Shown here: one piece after another, positions 1-7,423 of the stretch
Position numbering within the stretch: position 1 is the first letter of the stretch
Layout: every line of letters starts with the position of its first letter
Assembly (NCBI GenBank): GCA_902782465.1
Contig: CACZNH010000007.1
Location: 53,687 to 117,686 of the forward strand
Reading direction: 5' to 3'
DNA length: 64,000 nucleotides
Origin: an uncultured Bacteroidales bacterium
Lineage (GTDB): Bacteria > Bacteroidota > Bacteroidia > Bacteroidales > Muribaculaceae
Translations under genes and position numbers: made by a program
The notes under the pieces: model-generated
What the model saw: only the letters and a program-made list of their open reading frames with translations
Database searches by the model: none
What the model was told of the DNA's origin: nothing

Positions 1-618
1 CAGAATCCAGGTCTCGTTGTCATCAGGCAGTTGCAGGTATTGTCGCCAGATGGACTCTATCTGGGTCAGTCCACCCTGTACATGCGCCATGGCAACCATG
101 TTAGTCGATGCCATGTCGATGTGTTCCTCGTTGTGTGTCCTTAACGCGACCTCGAGAGCATGACAGTAATACTCCAGGGCAGTAGTGCCCAGTTCATAGT
201 TGTTGCATTCCTCCGACAGGGTCTGATACATACATCCGAATCCCAGGTAGATGTTGGCGTCTTCAAGACCCGTATCGTTGGAAATCTCACGGGCACGAGT
301 AAGACAGTCAAAACATTTGGGATAGTCATAGAAATCATAGAAATATATCGACCATAACCTCATCGTTGCTTCCATGCACTGCCCCTTCTGTTTGGCTGCC
401 ATGGATTGCTCATAGCGATTGGAGATAATCGTGTAACACATCAGTGCAGTATCCTTGCTGCCCCCGTTTGCAATGTCGCGTTTGGCCATGTCTAACAGTT
501 CATCGGTGGACAGCTTAATCCACTTGCTGTGTTCTCGGGGTGGCGTGAGGGCATTCCCTGGCAAAACCATTGTCAAGACTAGAAGAAACAATATGATACC
601 ACGCACGCGCTTCATCAT
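1..618 (-). CDS. N-terminal part of a signal-peptide protein with helical (TPR-like) repeats; the gene continues past the left edge
   Basis: Absent from the ORF track because no stop lies in the window. Manual reverse-strand translation from ATG 618/615 gives MMKRVRGIILFLLVLTMVLPGNALTPPREHSKWIKLSTDELLDMAKRDIANGGSKDTALMCYTIISNRYEQSMAAKQKGQCMEATMRLWSIYFYDFYDYPKCFDCLTRAREISNDTGLEDANIYLGFGCMYQ... and stays open to base 1. The N-terminus is hydrophobic. The function call is only a guess from the helical-repeat look. Confidence 0.5.
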   Translation of the reverse strand, partial: MMKRVRGIILFLLVLTMVLPGNALTPPREHSKWIKLSTDELLDMAKRDIANGGSKDTALMCYTIISNRYEQSMAAKQKGQCMEATMRLWSIYFYDFYDYPKCFDCLTRAREISNDTGLEDANIYLGFGCMYQTLSEECNNYELGTTALEYYCHALEVALRTHNEEHIDMASTNMVAMAHVQGGLTQIESIWRQYLQLPDDNETWIL

Positions 619-788
619 AATCAATGCGATTCACTCTGCAAATATAGTAATTATTTCAAAATCCGAAACCAATTCTATTGCATTGTTCGTCATTAAAGGG
701 CATGATGCACCCCTCAGGAAAATGAAATCAACGGCGGGGATTGCCCCGCCGTTGAATAAAGGTCAGTTAATGGTATAGGGGTTTTATC

Positions 789-2165
789 TTAACCCAGTCG
801 TTTGAGCTTCACGGTGAAGTGGCGCATCAGGGGTGCTTCCCACTCGATGGCAACACCGCGCGTAATCTCGTTGCGACGGTCATAGACGTTCTTCAGCGCA
901 GCGGCAATCACGTTCATGTGGTTGTCAGTGTACACGCGACGGGCGATGCACAGGCGCAGCAGGTCGAGGCCGCCGAAGCGGTTCTCACGGGTCACGGGGT
1001 CACGGTCGGCCAGGATGTAGCCGATTTCGCAACCGCGGATACCTGCCTCCAGATAGAGCTCGCAGGTCAGCGTCTGAGCGGGGAACTCTTCCTTGGGAAC
1101 GTTGCACAGCACCTTGTCAGCGTCGATGAACAGGGCGTGACCACCCACGGGGCGCTGATAAGGAATGCCATACTCGTCAAGCTTGCTGGCGAGGTACTGA
1201 ACCTGGTGGATACGGGTCTCGAGCATGTCAAACTCGGTGTTCTCGTCAAGACCGACTGCCAGAGCGTTCAGGTCGCGGCCGTTCAGACCACCATAGGTCA
1301 GGAAGCCCTCGAAGGGGATGCAGAACAGCTTAGCGCCCTCGTACCAGTCCTGGTTGTTGGTAGCGATGAAACCGCCCATGTTCACGAGGCCGTCCTTCTT
1401 GGCCGACATCGTCATGGCGTCAACGTAGGAGTACATCTCGCGGGCAATCTCCTTGATGGTCTTGTCGGCGTAGCCCTCCTCACGGGTCTTGATGAAATAG
1501 GAGTTCTCGGCAAAGCGGGCGCTGTCCATCACGACGGGCACACCATACTTGTGGCACAGTTCGCAGGTATCCTTGATGTTCTGCATCGACACGGGCTGAC
1601 CGCCAACGGTGTTGTTGGTAACGGTGAGAACCATGAAGGGGACGTTGCCCTTGTTCTCCTCAAGCACCTTCTCAAGCTTCTCCAGCGATACGTTGCCCTT
1701 GAAGGGGAGCTCGAGCTGCGTGTCCTTGGCCTCGTCGATGGTGACGTCGATGGCCTTGGCCTTGCGGGCCTCGATGTGACCCTTGGTGGTGTCGAAGTGG
1801 GCATTGCCGGGGATCACGTTGCCTTCCTTCACCAGATAGGAGAACAGCACGTTCTCCGCGGCACGACCCTGGTGGGTGGGGATGACATACTTGAAGCCGA
1901 AGATGCGTTGTACAACGCTCTCAAACTTGTAGAACGAGGTGGCACCGGCGTAACTCTCGTCACCCAGCATCAGCTCGGACCACTGACGGTCGCTCATAGC
2001 GCCAGTACCGGAATCGGTCAGGCAATCAATGTAAACCTGCTCAGCCTTGAGCATAAACACGTTGTTGTGAGCCTCCTTGAGCCACTGTTCGCGCTCGGCA
2101 CGGGTGCTCTTGCGAAGCGGCTCAATCATCTTGATTTTCCAAGATTCAGCAAATGGTAATTCCAT
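789..2165 (-). CDS. tnaA: Tryptophanase (PLP-dependent beta-eliminating lyase)
   Basis: 458-aa ORF with motifs LTDSGTGAMS, PTHQGRAAEN, VVMDSARFAENSYFIK and MSAKKDGLVNMGG (PLP-lysine region). From my memory of the reference sequences, the VVMDSARFAEN stretch matches E. coli TnaA rather than tyrosine phenol-lyase. Confidence 0.9.
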   Translation of the reverse strand: MELPFAESWKIKMIEPLRKSTRAEREQWLKEAHNNVFMLKAEQVYIDCLTDSGTGAMSDRQWSELMLGDESYAGATSFYKFESVVQRIFGFKYVIPTHQGRAAENVLFSYLVKEGNVIPGNAHFDTTKGHIEARKAKAIDVTIDEAKDTQLELPFKGNVSLEKLEKVLEENKGNVPFMVLTVTNNTVGGQPVSMQNIKDTCELCHKYGVPVVMDSARFAENSYFIKTREEGYADKTIKEIAREMYSYVDAMTMSAKKDGLVNMGGFIATNNQDWYEGAKLFCIPFEGFLTYGGLNGRDLNALAVGLDENTEFDMLETRIHQVQYLASKLDEYGIPYQRPVGGHALFIDADKVLCNVPKEEFPAQTLTCELYLEAGIRGCEIGYILADRDPVTRENRFGGLDLLRLCIARRVYTDNHMNVIAAALKNVYDRRNEITRGVAIEWEAPLMRHFTVKLKRLG

Positions 2166-2253
2166 TGTATATCAATTATTTAGGTTAAACTTTTTAGACA
2201 AGTTTTCAGCAAAATCGAACCCCCAAAAAAGGTAATTATATTCAATTTTTATG

Positions 2254-2261
2254 CAAAGTTA
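2254..2261 (-). promoter_or_regulatory. Candidate Bacteroidetes -7 promoter box (TAACTTTG on the minus strand) for tnaA
   Basis: Plus-strand caaagtta is the reverse complement of TAACTTTG and fits the TAnnTTTG consensus. It lies about 90 nt upstream of the tnaA ATG. Confidence 0.35.
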
Positions 2262-2484
2262 CGGCAACTTGCCGAACTGACAAATTTTTCCACCTTCATT
2301 CACGTTTTTTAACAATCGAAGTTCATCTTGCTGAATCACGCGCCAAGAACACACAGTTATTCTTGGATTCAATTACAATTCTTTTAGCACCTACCCGCGC
2401 TGCTATTGAAAGTTTGCAGGACAGCTATTAGCAAACAGGGCACATAGCGTCTAATTCCGCCCTCTCTATGTTTCAAAGATTTGT

Positions 2485-3597
2485 TTAAAGATCGGGCGTA
2501 AGGGCTAAGCGTAGTCCAAGATGTCCACCGGTATCCGATGGATTCCAACCATACCGGCGTGATACTCGACAACTACTGTCACGACTGCCCCAACTACCGC
2601 CACGGCTAGCGCGTTTATTGGAATGACCTGTATCTACATCAACATAACCTTCAGAGTCATATTTGTCCTCACACCACTCCCAGACATTTCCGCTCATATC
2701 ATACAAGCCCAATTCATTTGGAGTGCCGCTGGCAACCCTATGCGTCCTGCCATCCGCATTGCCTCTGTACCATGCCACATAAGCAACCTCATTGCTGCCA
2801 GCATATTTAAACCCTTTGCTGCTATTACCTCCTCGGGCTGCAAATTCCCATTCCGCTTCTGTGGGCAGGCGAAAAGTCTTGCCAGTTATTTCGTTCAGTT
2901 TAGTAATAAACGTCTTACAATCATTCCAAGAAACACTTTCGACAGGTAGGTCTGTTTCACCATAAAAAACGCTAGGATTATCACCCATCACGGCTTCCCA
3001 CAAGGCTTGAGTTACTTGAGTCTCACCAATCCAGTAATTTGATAAAACCACTTCGTGAATAGGCTTTTCATCATCTTGAGCTTCAATAACCTGCTCGTCA
3101 GTAGCTCCCATCATAAACGTGCCGCCATAAACATAAACCATCTTGAATTCCACACCATTAACTGCAAATTCTTCAGTTGCTGACTGTACTGGACCTCCAA
3201 CAAATGGCAGCTTCACTTTTTTGGATTCAACAGTCTTGATGTGTTTTTTCTTTTCTTGCTTCTTTTGTTGTTTACGCTGTTCTTTACTTGCTGACTTTTC
3301 TTGGCTATCTTGTGAACTTGACGCGTTTCTATCGTTCTCCTCTTCCATGAAAACCACTTTTAATTCTTCCCAAAGTTTATCCTCATCTTCATAAGGCAAA
3401 TGGTTTTCAAGCTTTTGAAGAATCCTCTTTTCTTTGGTACCACCTTCGGATAGCCAATCTTTGAGTATTCCATCTTTATAAGCTGATATCAAGTCTTTGC
3501 GCAATTGAGAACCTTTATCTGACATACTTGAGAAATACTCTTTCAACTCCTCGATATCCAAGCAATACTCATTATTGATATATAGAACTGTCTTCAT
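2485..3597 (-). CDS. Cytoplasmic FGE-sulfatase/SUMF1-fold protein with an unknown N-terminal domain and a K/E/S/Q-rich linker
   Basis: The C-terminal ~230 aa carry GGTFMMG, ALWEAVMG, LPTEAEWEFAARGG, NELGLYDMSGNVWEWC and RGGSWGS...C..SRRYG...GLRLA, typical of the formylglycine-generating-enzyme fold. There is no signal peptide. Residues ~90-125 are a low-complexity linker (SSSQDSQEKSASKEQRKQQKKQEKKKH). Confidence 0.85.
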   Translation of the reverse strand: MKTVLYINNEYCLDIEELKEYFSSMSDKGSQLRKDLISAYKDGILKDWLSEGGTKEKRILQKLENHLPYEDEDKLWEELKVVFMEEENDRNASSSQDSQEKSASKEQRKQQKKQEKKKHIKTVESKKVKLPFVGGPVQSATEEFAVNGVEFKMVYVYGGTFMMGATDEQVIEAQDDEKPIHEVVLSNYWIGETQVTQALWEAVMGDNPSVFYGETDLPVESVSWNDCKTFITKLNEITGKTFRLPTEAEWEFAARGGNSSKGFKYAGSNEVAYVAWYRGNADGRTHRVASGTPNELGLYDMSGNVWEWCEDKYDSEGYVDVDTGHSNKRASRGGSWGSRDSSCRVSRRYGWNPSDTGGHLGLRLALTPDL

Positions 3598-3697
3598 CTC
3601 GTTTAATTGATGCTATATTATAATCAAATCCTTCATGCTGAAATTGCCTTAAACCAAAATATATAAGTTTCTACCAGCATACAAATCAAGCAATTCA

Positions 3698-5446
3698 CTA
3701 ATGAAACCACTTTTTAAACGTTCTTCTTCTTTTTTTGGCCGGAAGAAATCCTGGTTTTTCAGAAACCTTTTCAGAGGCATCTTTAAATTTGTACTTATTC
3801 TGCATTTCAATAATGCGCTCGATATTGGTCCATTCCTCTGGGCGTTTACGCTCTCGATTCTCAATATAATCAACACTATGCTGATTAGCCATAACTGAAT
3901 CTTTTAACGTCTCCACAGCGCGTGCAAAATCCTGTTCATCAATAGGTATCTTTGATGGAGAATCCGTCTTGTCAGAATACTCTGCAAACTTCTTCTCCAT
4001 CACCATATCAACAACACATTTTATCTCCGCGCCAGAGAAACCTCCGTACACTCCTTTCATATCTTTGACAATTCTCGCATGACACACTTCATCAGATTCA
4101 GGGAAATTAATGACAAAGATGCTATTAGGAATTTGACGGTATGGTTTAAGCGTTTTCTTTAATATATCTACACGCTCTTTGTCATTGGGAAAACCAACAA
4201 AATACACCTCGTCAAAACGGCCTTTTCTCATAAATTCAGGGCGCATCACATCATTCGCCGTGGCAACAATAAAAACAGGTGTTGAGCGTTCCTGCATCCA
4301 AGTGAGAAAATGCCCCATCAAACGCATGACCAACATATCATTATTATGACGACTGTTGCTTCCAGCAAAAGCCTTCTCTATTTCATCTATCCATAGCACA
4401 CATGGATGCGCAGCCTCGGCAGTAGCAAGAGCCTGTCTTAAATTATTCTCACTTTCGCCTACATATTTACCCATGAGGCGGCTAACATCCAAACGTAACA
4501 ACGACATTCCAAATTCATTAGCAACAGACTTTGCAATCATCGTTTTACCGCATCCAGGCATACCAATAATCAACACGCCTTTTGGAATGCTCACCTTATT
4601 TCTTTGGGCTTCACTCAAATTATTGAAAATCTTTGCTTTTCGCTTTAAATCACTCTTCAAGATTTCCAAACCACCAATCTTACTAAAGTCTTCATCTGCA
4701 TCAATAACCTCAATGATACCCGATTTGCGCACAATACTTTTTTTCTCTTCTAAAGCCAAGCGAATAGTCGTTTCCGTTATTCTGTTTCCTGTACGCACCA
4801 ATGTGGATTTTAAAATCTGCTTAATCTCATACTTCTGTAATCCATGTAAAGTACGACATAATTCCTTTCTTAAATACTCTTCTTTTTTCTTTTCATTTTC
4901 ATCCTGAGATTCTGGGACTACTTCTTTTAAAAGCTCATTAATTTCTATCTCCTCAGGAGCCTTGATATCGATGACTGTGATATATTTCTCTATTTCGCAA
5001 GGCAATGCTGTTACTGGTTGTGGGGATACTATTATAATCGTTGAGAAATGATTATATTCCTCCTTCTCATATCGTAAGGCAAACATCGTCAAAAGGCTCT
5101 GGATTCTTGGATCATGAAGAATGGAGAAATTCTTTAGTAACAAAATGGTTGGTTGGACCGAAAGTTTATTCATAACCAATTCAACCAGCAATGAATGAAC
5201 TTCCCCAAAATTATTGTAGTCATCATGGAGTTCCTTATCAGAAAAACTAACAACTTTCTGACGTCCACAATCAAATTCTATCACATTTTTCTCTAGAGAG
5301 ATATTATCAAAAACCCTATGAGGACTTTCTTGACTAATGATTCTACTCAACTGCTCTTCAATAAACTGAATGTGGAAATGAGGTATGTAAACGATAGGAC
5401 AACTCAAAATCGCTGTCATCAATTGATTCTTAAACTCCTTCTCCAT
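3698..5446 (-). CDS. Two-domain AAA+ ATPase: degenerate N-terminal half plus classical-clade AAA module and a basic C-terminal tail
   Basis: Walker A GMPGCGKT, Walker B VLWIDEIE, and a second region of homology VATANDVMRPEFMRKGRFDEVYFVGFPNDKER. The first ~290 aa have no P-loop. The tail is PAKKRRRTFKKWFH. Confidence 0.85.
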   Translation of the reverse strand: MEKEFKNQLMTAILSCPIVYIPHFHIQFIEEQLSRIISQESPHRVFDNISLEKNVIEFDCGRQKVVSFSDKELHDDYNNFGEVHSLLVELVMNKLSVQPTILLLKNFSILHDPRIQSLLTMFALRYEKEEYNHFSTIIIVSPQPVTALPCEIEKYITVIDIKAPEEIEINELLKEVVPESQDENEKKKEEYLRKELCRTLHGLQKYEIKQILKSTLVRTGNRITETTIRLALEEKKSIVRKSGIIEVIDADEDFSKIGGLEILKSDLKRKAKIFNNLSEAQRNKVSIPKGVLIIGMPGCGKTMIAKSVANEFGMSLLRLDVSRLMGKYVGESENNLRQALATAEAAHPCVLWIDEIEKAFAGSNSRHNNDMLVMRLMGHFLTWMQERSTPVFIVATANDVMRPEFMRKGRFDEVYFVGFPNDKERVDILKKTLKPYRQIPNSIFVINFPESDEVCHARIVKDMKGVYGGFSGAEIKCVVDMVMEKKFAEYSDKTDSPSKIPIDEQDFARAVETLKDSVMANQHSVDYIENRERKRPEEWTNIERIIEMQNKYKFKDASEKVSEKPGFLPAKKRRRTFKKWFH

Positions 5447-5458
5447 CTAAAAATCTAT

Positions 5459-6271
5459 TTAGGACAATAACTGAGTATTCGTTTCATCTTTGTCTTGAGG
5501 CAACTTGTCTTGAGGCAACTTGTCTTGAGGTGATTTGTCTTGAGGTGATTTGTCTTGAGGTGATCCAGTTTGTTGCAACTCGTATTGGGCTTTTTCCCAA
5601 AGTCGTTGTATTTGTAATTTTATCTTAGTTTCTGTTTTCAAAACCACATAACCAATAGCTCTTCCAACCTCTGTAGATTTCATTTCTTCGTAGTAATTAT
5701 GTAGTGTCCCTAAAGCATTATCGCAAATTTCCTTAGAGTTCATAATGAGTGATTTGCGTACTTCAATAGGAAGAATCTCCCACAAGAGTTTGCTTGTGGT
5801 ATAAATTACTGCAAAACACTTGTAACCGCTAATAATACGAATAAGACTTAATACGGTCAATGCACACTTTTTCGCTTCACTTAATTTGGCTACGATTTGA
5901 ACTAACGGTATAGCACGCTTTCGCCGATTATATTCCTGAACAGTTACAATGCCTTTTACCGTTGCATGGTATTCTAACTTTGCATAACGCATCGTCTCAC
6001 GCAAGTAGCGGGCATTCATTAATGCCACATGTTGTTTCTTATCTTCTGGTATATTTGGATTAGACCTTACCGTCATTATGGCTGCTACACTCAAGATAGT
6101 CTCGACTTTTGTTTCAATTTCGTCATCAAGTGGAGTTTCAAAATATTCAACTATAAATTTATTCTCAAAAAACTTTTCATCAATAGAGAATAACAAATAC
6201 TTGTTGTAACGACGCAAAGTGTTTATTGCCGAATAGATATTACCCAGTTGATTTAATCTACTATAACTCAT
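5459..6271 (-). CDS. Hypothetical protein with a C-terminal (S/L)PQDK pentapeptide repeat tail
   Basis: 270-aa ORF. It lies 12 nt upstream of the AAA+ start and 17 nt downstream of the preceding ORF, in the same AT-rich composition. I recognise no motif. Confidence 0.7.
   Translation of the reverse strand: MSYSRLNQLGNIYSAINTLRRYNKYLLFSIDEKFFENKFIVEYFETPLDDEIETKVETILSVAAIMTVRSNPNIPEDKKQHVALMNARYLRETMRYAKLEYHATVKGIVTVQEYNRRKRAIPLVQIVAKLSEAKKCALTVLSLIRIISGYKCFAVIYTTSKLLWEILPIEVRKSLIMNSKEICDNALGTLHNYYEEMKSTEVGRAIGYVVLKTETKIKLQIQRLWEKAQYELQQTGSPQDKSPQDKSPQDKLPQDKLPQDKDETNTQLLS
5490..5564. repeat. 5 x 15-bp tandem repeat (ttgtcttgagg + caac/tgat) inside the 3-prime end of the 270-aa ORF
   Basis: Read directly: 5490-5504 and 5505-5519 end in caac; 5520-5534, 5535-5549 and 5550-5564 end in tgat. 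It encodes SPQDK SPQDK SPQDK LPQDK LPQDK. Confidence 0.9.
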
Positions 6272-6288
6272 AACTATTGGCCTCCTGA

Positions 6289-6690
6289 TTATTCCATTGA
6301 ATCCACTTCATTTGTAAACTGTCCAATTTCCTTGACAATTGCTTTCTCAAGATTCTCCTCTATGGCTTTTTTAACGCTTTCTATATCCTTTTCAGTAGCA
6401 TCAGGAACCAACTGCTTGACTTGTCGATCCATCCATTTATCAGTATCAAAATCTGACTCTTTAAAGTCTGCCATCAGACGATGTTCTGTATTCACTTGAT
6501 TACAAATCATGCTAATAAGATCTTTCTCAATCTTATTATTTCCTTGAGATATCAACCAAGCATTTAATTCTTTATCATTTTTTCCATTAATTGTTTTAAA
6601 AAGAGAATCTGCATTTTGGGAAAAAGAATCTAAACCACCTTCAATGTAATCATTGTCAATCAGGTTCTCATCAAAAAATTCTTCTATCAT
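6289..6690 (-). CDS. Small acidic hypothetical protein (first gene of the cassette)
   Basis: 133-aa D/E-rich ORF on the same strand and with the same composition as the three downstream genes. No recognisable motif. Confidence 0.6.
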   Translation of the reverse strand: MIEEFFDENLIDNDYIEGGLDSFSQNADSLFKTINGKNDKELNAWLISQGNNKIEKDLISMICNQVNTEHRLMADFKESDFDTDKWMDRQVKQLVPDATEKDIESVKKAIEENLEKAIVKEIGQFTNEVDSME

Positions 6691-6798
6691 AACATTTTGA
6701 AAGTTTAAAATAACTGAATTATATGAAAAAGCAACTGGTTTGTTGTTTAATGATTAAACAATATCAATAAAGAACTAGCCAATTATCTTCCGTTTTTG

Positions 6799-6806
6799 CA
6801 AAATTA
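6799..6806 (-). promoter_or_regulatory. Candidate -7 promoter box (TAATTTTG on the minus strand) for the four-gene cassette
   Basis: Plus-strand caaaatta is the reverse complement of TAATTTTG and fits TAnnTTTG. It lies about 110 nt upstream of ATG 6690 and is embedded in a cluster of TTGCAA hexamers. Confidence 0.3.
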
Positions 6807-7034
6807 CAGATTTTTTTGAAAAAACAAAGAAAAATGCAAGAAAATTGCAAGATTTATTTGCAATTCTAGCATTACTTTAACCGATTGCAATCAAATCGAA
6901 AAATCGCTAATAAAAGATAAGAGCGTATTATCAATAATTATTTAATGCCAAAGAAGTAGTGTTAAATACCTTTCCTATATTGAGTAATCATCAGTAAGGT
7001 GTAGGTCATAGATGGCAAAGAAGGGATAAAACAA

Positions 7035-7077
7035 CATCAGGGACCTAGAGGCCCGTGGGCCAATAGTGTCCCTGATG
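7035..7077 (-). terminator. Hairpin downstream of the yqaE-like gene
   Basis: catcagggac (7035-7044) pairs perfectly with gtccctgatg (7068-7077). On the minus strand it is followed by a T-rich stretch, ttgtttta. Confidence 0.45.
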
Positions 7078-7129
7078 GTATCTATAATGCTTTTATGAAG
7101 AAACTTTTTTCCTTATTCAGACTGCATCG

Positions 7130-7330
7130 TTAGCGCTGAGTGGGGTATGTCGGGTAAGTGGGATAGTTGACGACGGTGGTTTCCTTATTCAGAATCACCA
7201 GGGCACCAATCACTCCCGGAATCCAGCCGCAGCAGGTGAGTATCGTTACAATCAAGAACGAGCCACAACCCTTGTCCAGCACAGCCAGCGGCGGGAAGAT
7301 AATCGATAATATTACCCTAAACAGTGACAT
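7130..7330 (-). CDS. YqaE/Pmp3-family small membrane proteolipid
   Basis: 66 aa with two hydrophobic helices (ILSIIFPPLAVLDKG..FLIVTILTCCGWIPGVIGALVIL), characteristic of UPF0057/Pmp3. The C-terminal tail is YPTYPTYPT. Confidence 0.8.
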   Translation of the reverse strand: MSLFRVILSIIFPPLAVLDKGCGSFLIVTILTCCGWIPGVIGALVILNKETTVVNYPTYPTYPTQR

Positions 7331-7423
7331 AGTTTTACTCCTTTCTTTTTATTAACCAAAACTCATTCCACCATACACCTGCAAATCCCATGCCAACTTC
7401 TCACCCCATCAGTTTTCGCCCAG

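Noticed and set aside
455-778. 107-aa plus-strand ORF (TTG start) and the ORFs 141..338 and 160..357.
   Set aside because: They overlap the edge-truncated minus-strand gene (1..618). That gene has a clean signal peptide and an uninterrupted frame to the window edge.
819-2159. 446-aa plus-strand ORF covering tnaA. Similar very long ORFs lie opposite other G+C-rich genes: 12435..14090 (gyrB), 21265..21921 (uvrC), 26365..27006 (SPFH), 31740..32876 (SusC), 34631..35431, 36029..37072 and 37118..38050 (SusC fusion), 38264..39601 (SusD), 40183..40854 (MBL), 42131..42898 (kinase), 48279..49055 (MscS), 54720..55670 (nadA), 56954..58627 (leuS) and 61873..63873 (nifJ).
   Set aside because: All are antisense shadows of genes with unmistakable family motifs on the other strand. 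Their translations are low-complexity (V/G/L/A/H/D/Q-rich) with no recognisable motifs. Such stop-poor antisense frames are expected in G+C-rich, codon-biased genes.
3649-3876. 75-aa minus-strand ORF between the AAA+ and FGE genes, and the plus-strand ORFs 2623..2949, 3143..3394, 3701..3898 and 4356..4907.
   Set aside because: They overlap the 3-prime end or the antisense strand of the confidently called genes in other frames. Their sequences are low-complexity and hydrophobic or Ser-rich, typical of AT-rich off-frame translation.
2170-7120. The AT-rich island as a prophage, ICE or transposon.
   Set aside because: I found no integrase, transposase, relaxase, phage structural gene, flanking tRNA or convincing direct repeats at the compositional boundaries. 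Foreign origin is supported only by composition, so I do not call a mobile element.
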